A stretch of 35,968 bases of DNA from Atractiella rhizophila (Eukaryota): assembly GCA_021432655.1 (NCBI GenBank), contig MU271644.1, positions 1-35,968 on the forward strand, written 5' to 3'. A program made the position numbers and the translations under genes. Under the pieces are notes generated by a model. It was not told the DNA's origin and searched no databases. It was given only the letters and a program-made list of their open reading frames with translations. Positions 10,986-22,381 of this stretch are shown piece by piece. Numbering within the stretch: the first letter of the stretch is position 1; every line of letters starts with the position of its first letter.

Positions 10986-13900
10986 TTGTCAGTCGCAACA
11001 CAATCAGGAGAAAAAAAATTCAGTAACTATGATGACTCCACAGTAGGACTCTCTCAGTCTCAGTCAATCAACGACCCAACTTTACCACTTTCTCCAACTG
11101 AATCAGTCAACAATAATGTGACTTTACGACTTCCTGTTCCTGGAAGCCCATGGCGGCCCAACACCTTGAACCCCGCCTCACGCCTACGGACCAGAACGAA
11201 TGCATCATCCTCCTGCCGACCCACCTCCCATAACAAGCCCAGCCCCCGTGCCATTCCCTGGACTGGCGGTTCCAGACCACGCCGTTTGTCCCTTTGTATC
11301 CCTCTCTCAACACAGGAACGTACCATCGAGCATCTAAATTCGGCGTCAGCATCATCTCCTTTTTCACCGAGCTCAGATGATACAGAGCTTGAAGGCACAG
11401 GTCGCTGGATCAAGCCGGCAGATCGAAGGACGACGCGCGACGTTTCGTGGTATCCCGCATCCACTTACCAGTGTTCATCACCTCCGGCAGCAGTTAACCC
11501 CATCGATCCCTCTCCCTTGTGGTCTTGGAAGGAAAGGAACATTCCAGCAGACCAATGGGAGGAGTACCTTCTTCCGGGCATCAAGTTTTCGGTGTGCCCT
11601 AGCCTCAGCAACACGACTGTTTCCCCTGGAGATTTGATACACTGCCATATTCACCTGTCACCCCAACACGACGTCAGCGAGAATGAAAAGGTGGATATCA
11701 TTTTTTCTGGCATTAGCACCGTGGATGCAGAGTCGTGTGTCCGTCTCTTGCTTTTAACGATGAATGACTGATCGCTTTATGGGAAGCAGGCCAGAATACT
11801 ATACCTTTCTTCAGCTTACGAAATCAGTCATTCTGAAAGAACTCAAGCCGTTGCGCGAGTGGAGGTTTGAGTTCAAGGTCCCTCTTTATACGAACTGCGC
11901 TTGCCCTAGATCCAAAGTCCCCGTTCCAACGACATATCGAGACACAAAATTCAGCATCAATTATTCGATCCAGCTAAGGAGGAACAGATTCTTAGATGAG
12001 ATTTCGATACCTGTTATAGTACAACGAGGGGATCACGTCTTCGCGACGGCAACTGGATTGGTAGCGAATGGTGGAACAGATAGTCTCTGGAAGTGTGTAT
12101 GGGCCAGTGATCCGCGCCTCTTGACCTTCGCCAACCAAAGCCCGCCTGTTCCATTTGCTGAGGTAGGTTTTGTCTCCACTGATGGCTGTATGCCTATCCA
12201 TGCACTTACTGATACTCAATACCTAGCTCAGCTATCACATCTTTAGGCCCACCGGCAAAGCTTCGTCCACTACCATCTTCCTGAACTACTGTTTCTTGAT
12301 ACAACGTGACGATCCCGCTTACTCCCCAAACGAGGCGCTCAGCTCGCTCATGGAGAAACTTCAGATTTCATTGTCACGGCGGATACTAGGGAGAGGGGGG
12401 CAGGAGAGTAGAACAGTTTTACCAATTGAACAGCTATCATCGAAGGGAAGGAAAGTTGGCGTGGGAATTTCTGGCACCGACCAAGGCTCAGTCTGGACGA
12501 TTGAAGGGTGGATCGAGATCACGAAAGACGATCTTTTGATCTGGGATAGCTGCAATGCTGAAATGCAGGTACGCTACTCCAGTTAATCTTGCTGCATATG
12601 ATTGACTGTATCTTTATTAGGTGCTTCTATCCGCCCATTTATCTCATCCTGCCCTCTCTTATGGTATCACCATTGAGACCCCTATCGACGACTTCAGAGC
12701 GATCGAGGTCGATATACACCATGGCGTGTTCACTGAATTACCTTGCGATCGATCCTTTTACGTCCCCCTCAGCACATCAGAAATGAAGGCTCCCTCTCTA
12801 CCTCATATCCCTCAATCCCAACTCGCTCCACTTCCCAATACGGCATCTGTCTTTGATCGCAACACAGCGATACAGGCTTCAGCGAGTGTCCCCATTGGCA
12901 ATGCGCGGATTGGATCGAACGAGGATACTTATTCTCTTCATATCCGACACATCAAATCCTTTGAGTCATACAAATATGAAGACCTCAGTTCAGGTACATG
13001 TTTTGAATTCAGCCGTGACCTGTTCGTTCGTATGAGTCGCGAGCTACACACTCCAGTATCACCCATTTCAGTATCACCCACCCCAAGCTTTGATTCTTTC
13101 GAGGCGACTCCCAGCAATTCTGGTGCTGAATCTCGCCACGATCTCATAGAAATCTCTGATGATTCTACTCCCCACCGCAGGGATGTAGCTGGAGCTTTCA
13201 CTCCTGAATTCCGTTCGAGTGAATTTGCACAACTACATCATGAAAATCAGTCTGAGACTTCGGGGTCAACTTGGGATTCTCCGATTAGCGAGCATCAATC
13301 TTCACAACGATATCGTTTTGATTCTACAGAAGACCGCGCCGATACTCTTCCGGAAGAAAGCTGGCGTAAAGAGCAACGCATTAACCAAAGAGCGGAACCA
13401 GGGCCGTCTCGTTTGCCTCTCGATCTGGCTAAGAAACGGTCCCCAACGGCCCACTTTGCACCCATAACGTCAAGAATGTCAGCTTCGAGCCACGGCGCGC
13501 CGATCGATTCGTATACCATTCGACCGACAACACGAGACCCAATCGTAACCGCATCTGCGTTGCACTCTTCTGGCAACCTGCGTCCTACGGAAACGACGAC
13601 CCAACCCTTGAGATCGATCAGAGCCTCACCCCGTGGCGGAATGCTCTGCATCTACCCCATGCAGAAGGACCTGATCGGCTATTGGGATCACCAGAATCTG
13701 CGAATTGAGGGCAGGGCACCATCTTCGCCTTCAAAAGAATTCCATGACCCGAAAACGAGCAAAAAGCTAAATAAATGGACTGAACTCAGGTTTGATAAGG
13801 ATACATATGTGGAAGTTCGGTTGGATAACGTTACCGTTACTCCGTGGAGTAGGAATGGCCTTGGTGAGCCTTATTTTTTGAATGAAAACCAAATATCTGA

Positions 13901-14141
13901 TGAACTGTACAGAGTGGTTCAAAGGACAACTCTTGCACCTAGGTATGCCTTTCTTATTCCAGATTTTCACAGGAAATTGATGGTCCATTCAAAGGAAACT
14001 GTCAAAATCCGTCTTTCCGATTTTTTCTGGAACAGTTCGCAACGGACGATCCCAAAACCGAGCCTATTCTTGACGCGGATCCTTTCGTGCGTCCCATTAG
14101 AGCAAAGCAAGCTTTCTTCCTTTCCCTGTCCTTTAGCTTGA
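10986..14141 (+). CDS. Large multi-exon hypothetical protein (~1000 aa) with a possible arrestin-like beta-sandwich followed by Ser/Pro-rich disordered sequence; start not located
   Basis: ORFs 10986, 11764, 12296 and 12621 join in phase through short GT-AG introns (about 11735-11789, 12163-12226, 12568-12620). VSPGDLIHCHIHL..VDIIFSGIS..WRFEFKVP..VPTTY..FSINYSIQL resembles an arrestin N-domain (weak, by eye). Confidence 0.7.
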
Positions 14142-15266
14142 ACCTGATCATTGAGAAAAGGCAACATCTTGTTTCTGGAAAGTGCCACTGTCACGCTGGA
14201 CAGGAAAGCCTCATCAATTTATGTCGCTTCCAACTCGAAGCTAACAATGCAAAGGGCAAGGTAAAGCGAGAGGTTCGTGTTTCAACCTCGCCGTAAATAA
14301 GGCTACGCCTGAGTTGTCGACAGCGACGACCAACAAGGCAAGAAGAGGGGGAACGATCGAACTATGTGGAACCTCTTGCGTGTTCTTCGTAACCCAGGAA
14401 AGGTTATCCCGCAGGATCTGGCGAAACGACGGAAGAGCGAAAGAGGTCAACGGGAATGAAGGAGGAGAATGCAGAGGAATGGCGGGAGCAAGGAAGGAGA
14501 TTGTGAGAGGAAGTATCTGGACCATTTTCTAACTTGTGATCCTCAATATGCCAATGCAGTTTTTTTTTGTCTCCGGAGTCATTGTGCCCTACTGAGGATG
14601 TTCCGTCAGCGTAGACGCAAGCCACTTTGATCACCTTTCGCTCATGCGAATCCAACTGCGTAGTTTTGCTCACCCTTTCGTCCTTGTGGCCAACCTTTCA
14701 CAACAGTCAGAGAACAATAGGATTTAAGCGTTCGGTCGGTTTATGTATCCAAGAGGAGTAAGAGCATTTTTGTTCACTCCCTTCATTTGTGAGGGATCTG
14801 ATAAGTGCTCCCTGTCATATGTTTATTGGCTGGTACAACAGTGCACCACAGATCTACATGTAGATAAACAAACATGATTATTTCCTTGAGCTTCGACCCG
14901 TCGAGTAAGCGAACCTTTCGAACTGCTATGTCCAGAGACCCTGCTTTCTTCATATTGTTAAGTCGTTAATGTCAAGACAACCGTCGATACAGGGTATCAG
15001 GCTAAATAAGCTGCCTTTTACAAGTGGCGTAGAACATCTGATGAAGCTTGTCGGAGACCGGATTTGGCAACCCTGTGCGAGGATCGAGGATGGTGCAGAA
15101 ATATGTCAAGCATCTACATTACATTATGACATGCAGTTTTGTAGTAACGCGGGTTTATGTCAACACAAAGCACAGTCGCTCGTTTCATAGCGCGCAAAGC
15201 GTTCGTGGGGACTGCATAACCTTCACTTACCAGTTAGCAACCACTGGCCAAAGTCGCTTGCTCTGT

Positions 15267-15313
15267 GCAACCGTCATCATGAAAAGCTTAAATGACTGTG
15301 ATCAGCATCTGAT
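15267..15313 (+). repeat. Left terminal inverted repeat of the Plavaka element
   Basis: GCAACCGTCATCATGAAAAGCTTAAATGACTGTGATCAGCATCTGAT aligns with the reverse complement of the right end, GTAACCACCATCATGAAAAGCTTAACTAAC--TGATCAACAT-TGAT. Confidence 0.85.
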
Positions 15314-15590
15314 GGCTCCTGGCGCCTGACGACAACTGAGCCAGCGCTGACCAGGGCCTAGCGAGTTCTTCTCACTGACTGATAACCGTGATCAATCTGG
15401 TGAATCCTGACAAGGTACTGATCAGGAATTGGTCTGCACTGAACGTGTACTGATCACGAACTGGTCTGACGTGAACGTATTTGCAAGATAAATGTAATTA
15501 CAGTATATAGAATGCATTGAAAAACAGCAAAATGAAAGCTATCCATGTTCAAAAGCTAGATATTATGAAAGAGAGAGAAGTCAAGACAGC

Positions 15591-18500
15591 TCAGGAGAGA
15601 TTTTGAAACCGTAGGAATAGATCAGCCTCCGCAAGGTCATTAACATGATAAAGCCCATCGTCGACCGGATCTGGTTGAATATAACAGCTTCGAGCAATGT
15701 TTTCCGTCAGAATAAAGCTGAGTTGCTCTTGTCCTTGGAGAAGAGGCATGCCAGACAAGTAATGCCTTCCGACCCATTTATACTCACAAACTAATGCCAA
15801 CTGGAACTCCTTATCTTGTATTCGACAAGAAAGTAGACGGATGACGCGTCCAAAAGAGACCGTGTTGTCGTGGTCGCACAGAATGACGTCGTCGTAACGT
15901 GGTTTGCCGCTGGTCTGCCAGTTCGGATGAGAGCGAATGAGGTCTTCGTACTCTCTTTCGTCAACCCACGAATTAAATGAGCAGCGAAAGAGTGTATAAT
16001 CCGTAATCTGAGAGCTATGAGTAAGCGATGCTAGTGCGTAATCAATTGCAAGAATGGGAACGTACCGTGGACTCGTCAATCTGAGGTAGGTGCTCCTGGC
16101 GGACACGTATGGGGGTTGAAGGATTGATGTTTCGAAGGAGGAAGAGCCGGAGGTCATTAACCAAGTCTTGTCGAGTGTTGAATTCAACAGCAAGCTCGCG
16201 GAAGTAGGTTTGAATGTGAAAGCGTTTCGACGAGCCACAGAGACGGAGGTTGGGAGTATCACCATGAGTCCAAATCTGGCAACGATCCTCTTCACCACAA
16301 TCGAGCCGCAACGCATTGGCTGCATTGACGCGCCATTCGATCGCTCGAAGTTGCATCATCTCGAACGCACGCTGTGCCATCTGCGTTCAACTAAGACGAG
16401 CTTGAAGCTTGCACGGCACACACAACTCACCGATTCTTCAGTTTCGCCATCAACTGTACTGCAAATGGCCCGAGCAATTACGTGCTCTTTGAGAGGACGA
16501 TGAGCCCGCTCACCGTGTGCTGTGGTTTGATGGTCCAGCGTGCCGCCTTCACAGATCATGTCGACAAAATGCTGTGGTAGATGGCCTTTTGGAAACTTGG
16601 CTGACATACCAAAATGCTTGTGGAGTGTCTTCACCGCAGCATTGAGAAAAGATGCAATTAAAAAACTGAGGCGTACCTTGAGAGCAGCTTCAAACCACCG
16701 CAATTGGTGATTTCGAAGTGCTGAAATTCGATCGTCATCTTGAACGTGCATTTTCACAAGTACTTCGAAGGCAACCAATGCCCGCAATGCTGGAATGACC
16801 TCCTGCTCAATCTCTGCACGAAGGATGCTAATCATCCCAACAATTAAGAAACTGTACCCCAATAGTCAGTTTGGTGATGAGTAGAGAGAACAAAGAGATG
16901 ATTCACCTTCATTGCGTCTTGAATTTCCATGCAAGTAAAACTCTCGAGGTTAGTCAACCCACGTTTCGGAACATGACGCAAAGATCCATATGGTGGCAAG
17001 GAAATGAGGCTGGAATATGCAAGGACATGTCATAATTTGAGCTATAGAAAATGACAGAAACTCACTATGAATCAACCTGTTCCTTCTTTGCTGTTGAGAG
17101 GTTTTCGAAAAGCTTTTGCATGACATGGTCTTTATACAGTCCACCAAAGATGTGAGATACAATGGTCAATCCGCTCACATGCGGCAATACCTTCCTATTC
17201 TGGAAGCGGCTCCCGCCTAACTTGGAAGTGACATTGACCACTGTATACCTCACAACTCCCCCGTCTCTCTACACCTCTCCTGTCGGCTCCAAGCGCGTAC
17301 AATCGATCGGGAGAAGAAGGGAAGATAACCGCATGGTATCTTAGCCTTATCCAGAAGCTGGAAGGCAAGATCCGTCGATTCCCTGGTGAGCCTCGTTTGA
17401 TTCCCTTCAGCTTCCTCTTCGTTCCATGCTTTCAGATTATTCTATATTTCTATCTACTTATGTATTACGGGTTTTCCCACGATGTTGTTTGATCTTTTAT
17501 CCGATTCATTGGCCTATAAAAGAGGCCTCACTTGTTAATGTAAATTCATCTTATTCCTCATCATCTTACTTCGCACTCATAGCAGAAAGCGCGGTAAGAA
17601 TCGAGGTAAGTTCCCCGGGCCGTAGAAGCGCCCCTGTAAGATCCACTGTCTTATTTCTGAGACCAAATAGCTTGATAAGCGGCCCTGCACTTCAGTGTGG
17701 CTAGCATAAGCTGGTTCCTGTCTTTCCTTTTCGTTTAAGCTCTCATTCATTGATTGAGCATCCTAGTTTCTCGCTCTAATCGAGCTAAAGGAACTCGCTT
17801 TTGCAGTAGAGTCTCACAAAAGACATGCAAAGAGTCCGCTGCAATAGCCTGGTAGACATCGCTGCATTTTAAGCGACAGAAGGCAGACTGCTCAGATATG
17901 AGCATGAGCAATTAGATAGGGTTGCGACGTGCCTTTTCAGGGCGCAAAGATGATGTGCTTGTCAATTCCTTGACAGCTATGTTCATGCCTTCGGCATCTT
18001 TGGTGCGCTGGTATTGCTTAAGCTGACGTTGCGCTTGTTGCAAGCTTCTCTTTGGAAATTGTTTCGTGAGGTGGTGAAGGTGTGCCTTTGGAGCAAGGCA
18101 AATTGGACATTTGAACTCAGAATTGACGCCAAAGAGGAGGAGGAGGATATAGCTGGTGAATGATATTAGTACGAACACAGCAACTGTTGAAACGACCAAC
18201 AGTTCTGCTAAGTCAGCCTGCAGAAGGAATAGACGGGGGAAAATGAGCTTATCGAACTCATTTCCTACTCGAACCCTGAATCCAACTTGCTCATATTGTC
18301 TGATTTGCTTCAAAACGATTCCTATGACCTTGTGATAAACAGAGCGTCTGTACAGGCGAAAATTTTTGCTTTTCTTCTGCTGATCTGTAGCAGGAATCTG
18401 ATCTCTCATGAATCACTTTGACGAAGTAGTGTAAAATCAATTTACTTACTTCAGGCTGAAATCCAATTAGCTGGCACCCTCCTTTCCCATTTCCACTCCT

Positions 18501-19852
18501 TTCTCGCAAAGGGACATTCCCGAGCCACATATAGATCGGATGAACTGTTTTTTGTCCAAATTTCACCGCACTTGTCCCATCTGAGTACAAGATGATGGCG
18601 CCAACACAACCATCATGGTTAGGCAATGAATCCTGAGTATTTTCTACTTCAGTGCCTTCAATAATGAAGCATCTGGCAAGAATATTCACCTGAAACTTCC
18701 ACCAGCGTTTGGTTGTCCACAGTTCGTCGTAAACCCTCACTTTGTGGAAAGGTTGCTTGTCAGTCCCTTTGAACTTCTTGACAGGGTAGAATTGCATGTG
18801 CTGGCGAGTAGCATCGTCTCGGATCACTTCCTTCATGATATCGATTGGATCTCGAATGTAGACACGGTGTTGTATCGTTTGTCCCTCAAACTCGGCAGAA
18901 ATAATGTGTGATTGAAACTGTATGAGAATCAGTACTATCAGTATTGATATTTCAAGTTTGATGGAATCTACAAACTGCAGCTGTTACACTCATTTGATCC
19001 TTCTTGAGAGTTTGTCGAAGCTCCTTGAAGGAATTGAGTGTGAAGTTTGGAAGGCCGCGTTTCTTGAGGTTACGGAAGTGAGCAGTGATATCCCGCTGTG
19101 TCATTCCTTGGAAAAAGACGTGGGAAGCCATTTCGTAATCCACTTCACTCTTGAAAGGATGGAATGCTGGAATGCTGCCATTAATGTTGCTGCCCGCCCC
19201 TGGAGACTTCGATAGAATGTGAGGACGTGAGCAACTTGAAGAAAGGTATGAAGTGGAATCGGGATGCAAAACTTGGAAATAGTGGCCGCCTAGACCTTGA
19301 CGCAACTCTCTATCTAGCTCCTCCTCATCAGCTGAAGAAATATTAGGAGACTGTGGGGGATTAAGTAGAGGATCGCATGGCGTGAATTCCACGGCTGGTA
19401 GTAGAGAGTTCGAAAATTGATAATGTGGTGGCTGATTCAGAGGATCTCCTGACTCTGACTCCCAGTCATTTGGCTTTGTGCGAAGGGAATACACAGATTG
19501 ACCTACCTCCAAATTGTTCAATATCAGAATGGACATTCTCATTCACTTCTTCACCATGACTATCATTTGATTCGGACGTGTCGGACTCTCGGATATCCTT
19601 TGCTTCATCATTAAGCAATGTAGCTTTAGGCTGGATGAGTGAACTCACATCCTCAGAGCATCTTTCGACCACGCCTCCATCCACTCTTATGGATTTCCAG
19701 CCAGTTGAGCGTACAGTAGCTTGATGCTTGAGAGCTCGATGTTTTCTAATACCACCTCTTGCAAATGAATAAACATTGTGACAATCTGGACACTCCACTT
19801 TGCCAGCAGGCAGATTTTTGACCGCATTGGCTCTGGTATTCTGAGGTGCCAT
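15591..19852 (-). pseudogene. Plavaka transposase (N-terminal C2H2-like Zn finger), multi-exon, interrupted by a solo LTR
   Basis: CPDCHNVYSFARGGIRKHRALKH; RVYDELWTTKRWWKFQ; GAIILYSDGTSAVKFGQKTVHPIYMWLGNVP; CPICLAP; AIAADSLHVF|GGLYKDH; FPKGHLPQHFVDMICEGGTLDHQTTAHGERAH; HPNW...PRYDDV. These motifs are typical of Plavaka/CACTA-like transposases of basidiomycetes. Confidence 0.9.
17151..17818. mobile_element. Solo LTR (668 bp) inserted in the transposase coding sequence
   Basis: TGTGAGA...TCTCACA ends (TG..CA); 5 bp TSD AAAGA at 17146-17150 and 17819-17823; TATA-like TATAAAAG near 17515. Removing it plus one TSD copy restores in-frame LHVFGGLYKDHV. Confidence 0.92.
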
Positions 19853-20027
19853 GATAATTGGAGGCAGAGGGAAGGAAAAGAAGAGCTTGTTTATTATGAC
19901 GAGAAGGGAGACGCGTGGGCTGACGTCATGACGTCATTCTTGTTTACCCTCCCCATCATTTCCCGGGCCATAAAAACCCTGCTCGTACGAAAGACAGTCT
20001 CTCTCTCCATCTAAGCATTCAATCCAA
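19853..20027. promoter_or_regulatory. Putative bidirectional promoter with tandem CRE (TGACGTCA x2, 19921-19936) and MCB-like ACGCGT (19911-19916)
   Basis: 175 bp between the divergent ATGs at 19852 and 20028. Motifs were read directly from the sequence; their function is inferred. Confidence 0.55.
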
Positions 20028-22381
20028 ATGTCAGATCAAGAAAACATCACCAGCGGAAAGAATTACAAGGAGCTGTACAAAGCCTCGAAGCGACAGGTAC
20101 GTCATTTCTTCCTTCAACAAAGCAGGGAATAGACGATGTGTTCAGCGCAATGATGCACGTCAGGAGTTGTCATTGTTGCAAGAAACTGTAGCAAGAGCTG
20201 AGGACGATCAGCGAGCTTGGGAAGAAGAGCGTGCCCAGCTACGAGAAGAGCTCGAAGCCATGAAAGAACAGCTTCATGCAGATGAACCCCCTTCCAAGAG
20301 GCGCCGCTCGACGCGTGTGGTTCCTGCAGCACCTTCGAAACTTGCCAGACTCCAAGCCTATCGCGCTGGAAAGGCAGCTGTGCTGCTGTATCAACCATGG
20401 CCAATGATATTCGACAGTGTCTTTGCAAAGAGGTTAGAAGCTCCTGAATATCCTGAGGATGAGGAGTGTGAAATAGTATCTGACGATGAAGAGGTGGAGG
20501 AAGAAGAAGAAGAGCACGGTCAAAAGGAGAAACAGCAGAGGAATCATGAACGTGAAGTCCGGCGTATTTATCGGAGGTCAAATTTCTTCAAGTTCATTTT
20601 TGGGCGTCTACCGCCAGAGGCCGTCGAATGGCACAGTAGTGCGTGGTTTCAACGCGAGGTATTGTCCTTTGCGCAAATCTCATATTGCATACTAAAGGAT
20701 ACCAGGTGCTACGAGGTCTTGCTGAACAGAAGAGCGACAATGCCCATCGAATGCGCAATCACCTTGCCGACATCTTTGACATCAAGTCATCATCCTCAGC
20801 TGAGCTCAAGTCTCCAAAAACGAGGCAGAGAGACGAAGAGATTCAACAGCATATCGAGGATGAAAGTTATATATATGCCCCTCATGATATCCCTATGCAA
20901 TGCCGCGATTCAACCCGAAAAGCCATTAAAGCAGCTGCCTATCTTCGCTCCCACGCTCTTTTCAAGGTGAGTTTTTGTTTTGTCACCTAAATATTGATTG
21001 AGGGAAGACACAGATTGCCCGTATCATTATTCATGGCCCAGCCGCATTAAATAGTGCGAACAACCGTGCACGAGGTGCGACGATCAGCAGCCAGCTGTCA
21101 ATCCGTCAAATAACCATCCCCTTAATCGCTTATTCATCTACGCTGGTCCGTACTGTTGTTTTATACACTCAACAAGACAAGATGCTAACTCTCCTGGAAG
21201 GCTCGATACACCCTAAGCAGCGATATAGCATTTTCTGCCGAGGGGACAGCACCAATCAAACCAGGTACAGAAGAGACTAATAATTATCGTGACCACTACC
21301 ATAGAACGGTCACCCTGCTGTCGACTCTCGAGGAGCAACACAAAGATAAGTACAAGGATCTGCTTTCTCTGTGGAATAGAGAAGTTTTCCCTCGGGACGA
21401 CGATGAAGCTGATAGCTCTTGGGCTTCATCCCATGGCCATGGTACCAATGATGCAGACATTTTGGAAGGTTTTGATATCACCTTTGATATCGAATGGCAC
21501 AGTAGTGCGTGGTTTCAACGCGAGGTATTGTCCTTTGCGCAAATCTCATATTGCATACTAAAGGATACCAGGTGCTACGAGGTCTTGCTGAACAGAAGAG
21601 CGACAATGCCCATCGAATGCGCAATCACCTTGCCGACATCTTTGACATCAAGTCATCATCCTCAGCTGAGCTCAAGTCTCCAAAAACGAGGCAGAGAGAC
21701 GAAGAGATTCAACAGCATATCGAGGATGAAAGTTATATATATGCCCCTCATGATATCCCTATGCAATGCCGCGATTCAACCCGAAAAGCCATTAAAGCAG
21801 CTGCCTATCTTCGCTCCCACGCTCTTTTCAAGGTGAGTTTTTGTTTTGTCACCTAAATATTGATTGAGGGAAGACACAGATTGCCCGTATCATTATTCAT
21901 GGCCCAGCCGCATTAAATAGTGCGAACAACCGTGCACGAGGTGCGACGATCAGCAGCCAGCTGTCAATCCGTCAAATAACCATCCCCTTAATCGCTTATT
22001 CATCTACGCTGGTCCGTACTGTTGTTTTATACACTCAACAAGACAAGATGCTAACTCTCCTGGAAGGCTCGATACACCCTAAGCAGCGATATAGCATTTT
22101 CTGCCGAGGGGACAGCACCAATCAAACCAGGTACAGAAGAGACTAATAATTATCGTGACCACTACCATAGAACGGTCACCCTGCTGTCGACTCTCGAGGA
22201 GCAACACAAAGATAAGTACAAGGATCTGCTTTCTCTGTGGAATAGAGAAGTTTTCCCTCGGGACGACGATGAAGCTGATAGCTCTTGGGCTTCATCCCAT
22301 GGCCATGGTACCAATGATGCAGACATTTTGGAAGGTTTTGATATCACCTTTGATAATGACGAGGCGGGCATTGAAGAGTAG
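20028..22381 (+). CDS. Transposon-borne hypothetical protein: coiled-coil N-terminus plus a DUF6698-like C-terminal domain, duplicated in frame
   Basis: Exons from ATG 20028 (introns 20097-20163, 20659-20705 and others) give ...YLRSHALFK|IARIIIHGPAAL...ITIPLIAYSSTL|ARYTLSSDIAF...YRDHYHRTVTLL...KDLLSLWNREVFP. This resembles the xTPxxIAYxxxxxRFALSS...LLxWWNxxVF pattern of DUF6698-like fungal proteins. Stop TAG 22379-22381. Confidence 0.75.
20624..22355 (+). repeat. Tandem duplication, 2 x 866 bp (20624-21489 and 21490-22355)
   Basis: Copies look identical by eye, including introns; ORF-track entries repeat with an offset of 866 (20643 vs 21509, 21289 vs 22155). Confidence 0.97.

Noticed and set aside
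14762..14810. Imperfect hairpin (GAGCA...TCCCT...AGGGA...TGCTC)
   Set aside because: Short and bulged, with no RNA-gene or terminator context; compatible with chance.
17151..17818. Solo LTR being spliced out as an intron (its end reads GTGAGA on the transposase strand)
   Set aside because: No acceptor at the far end restores the motif exactly; any splice would leave tens of extra residues in a conserved region.
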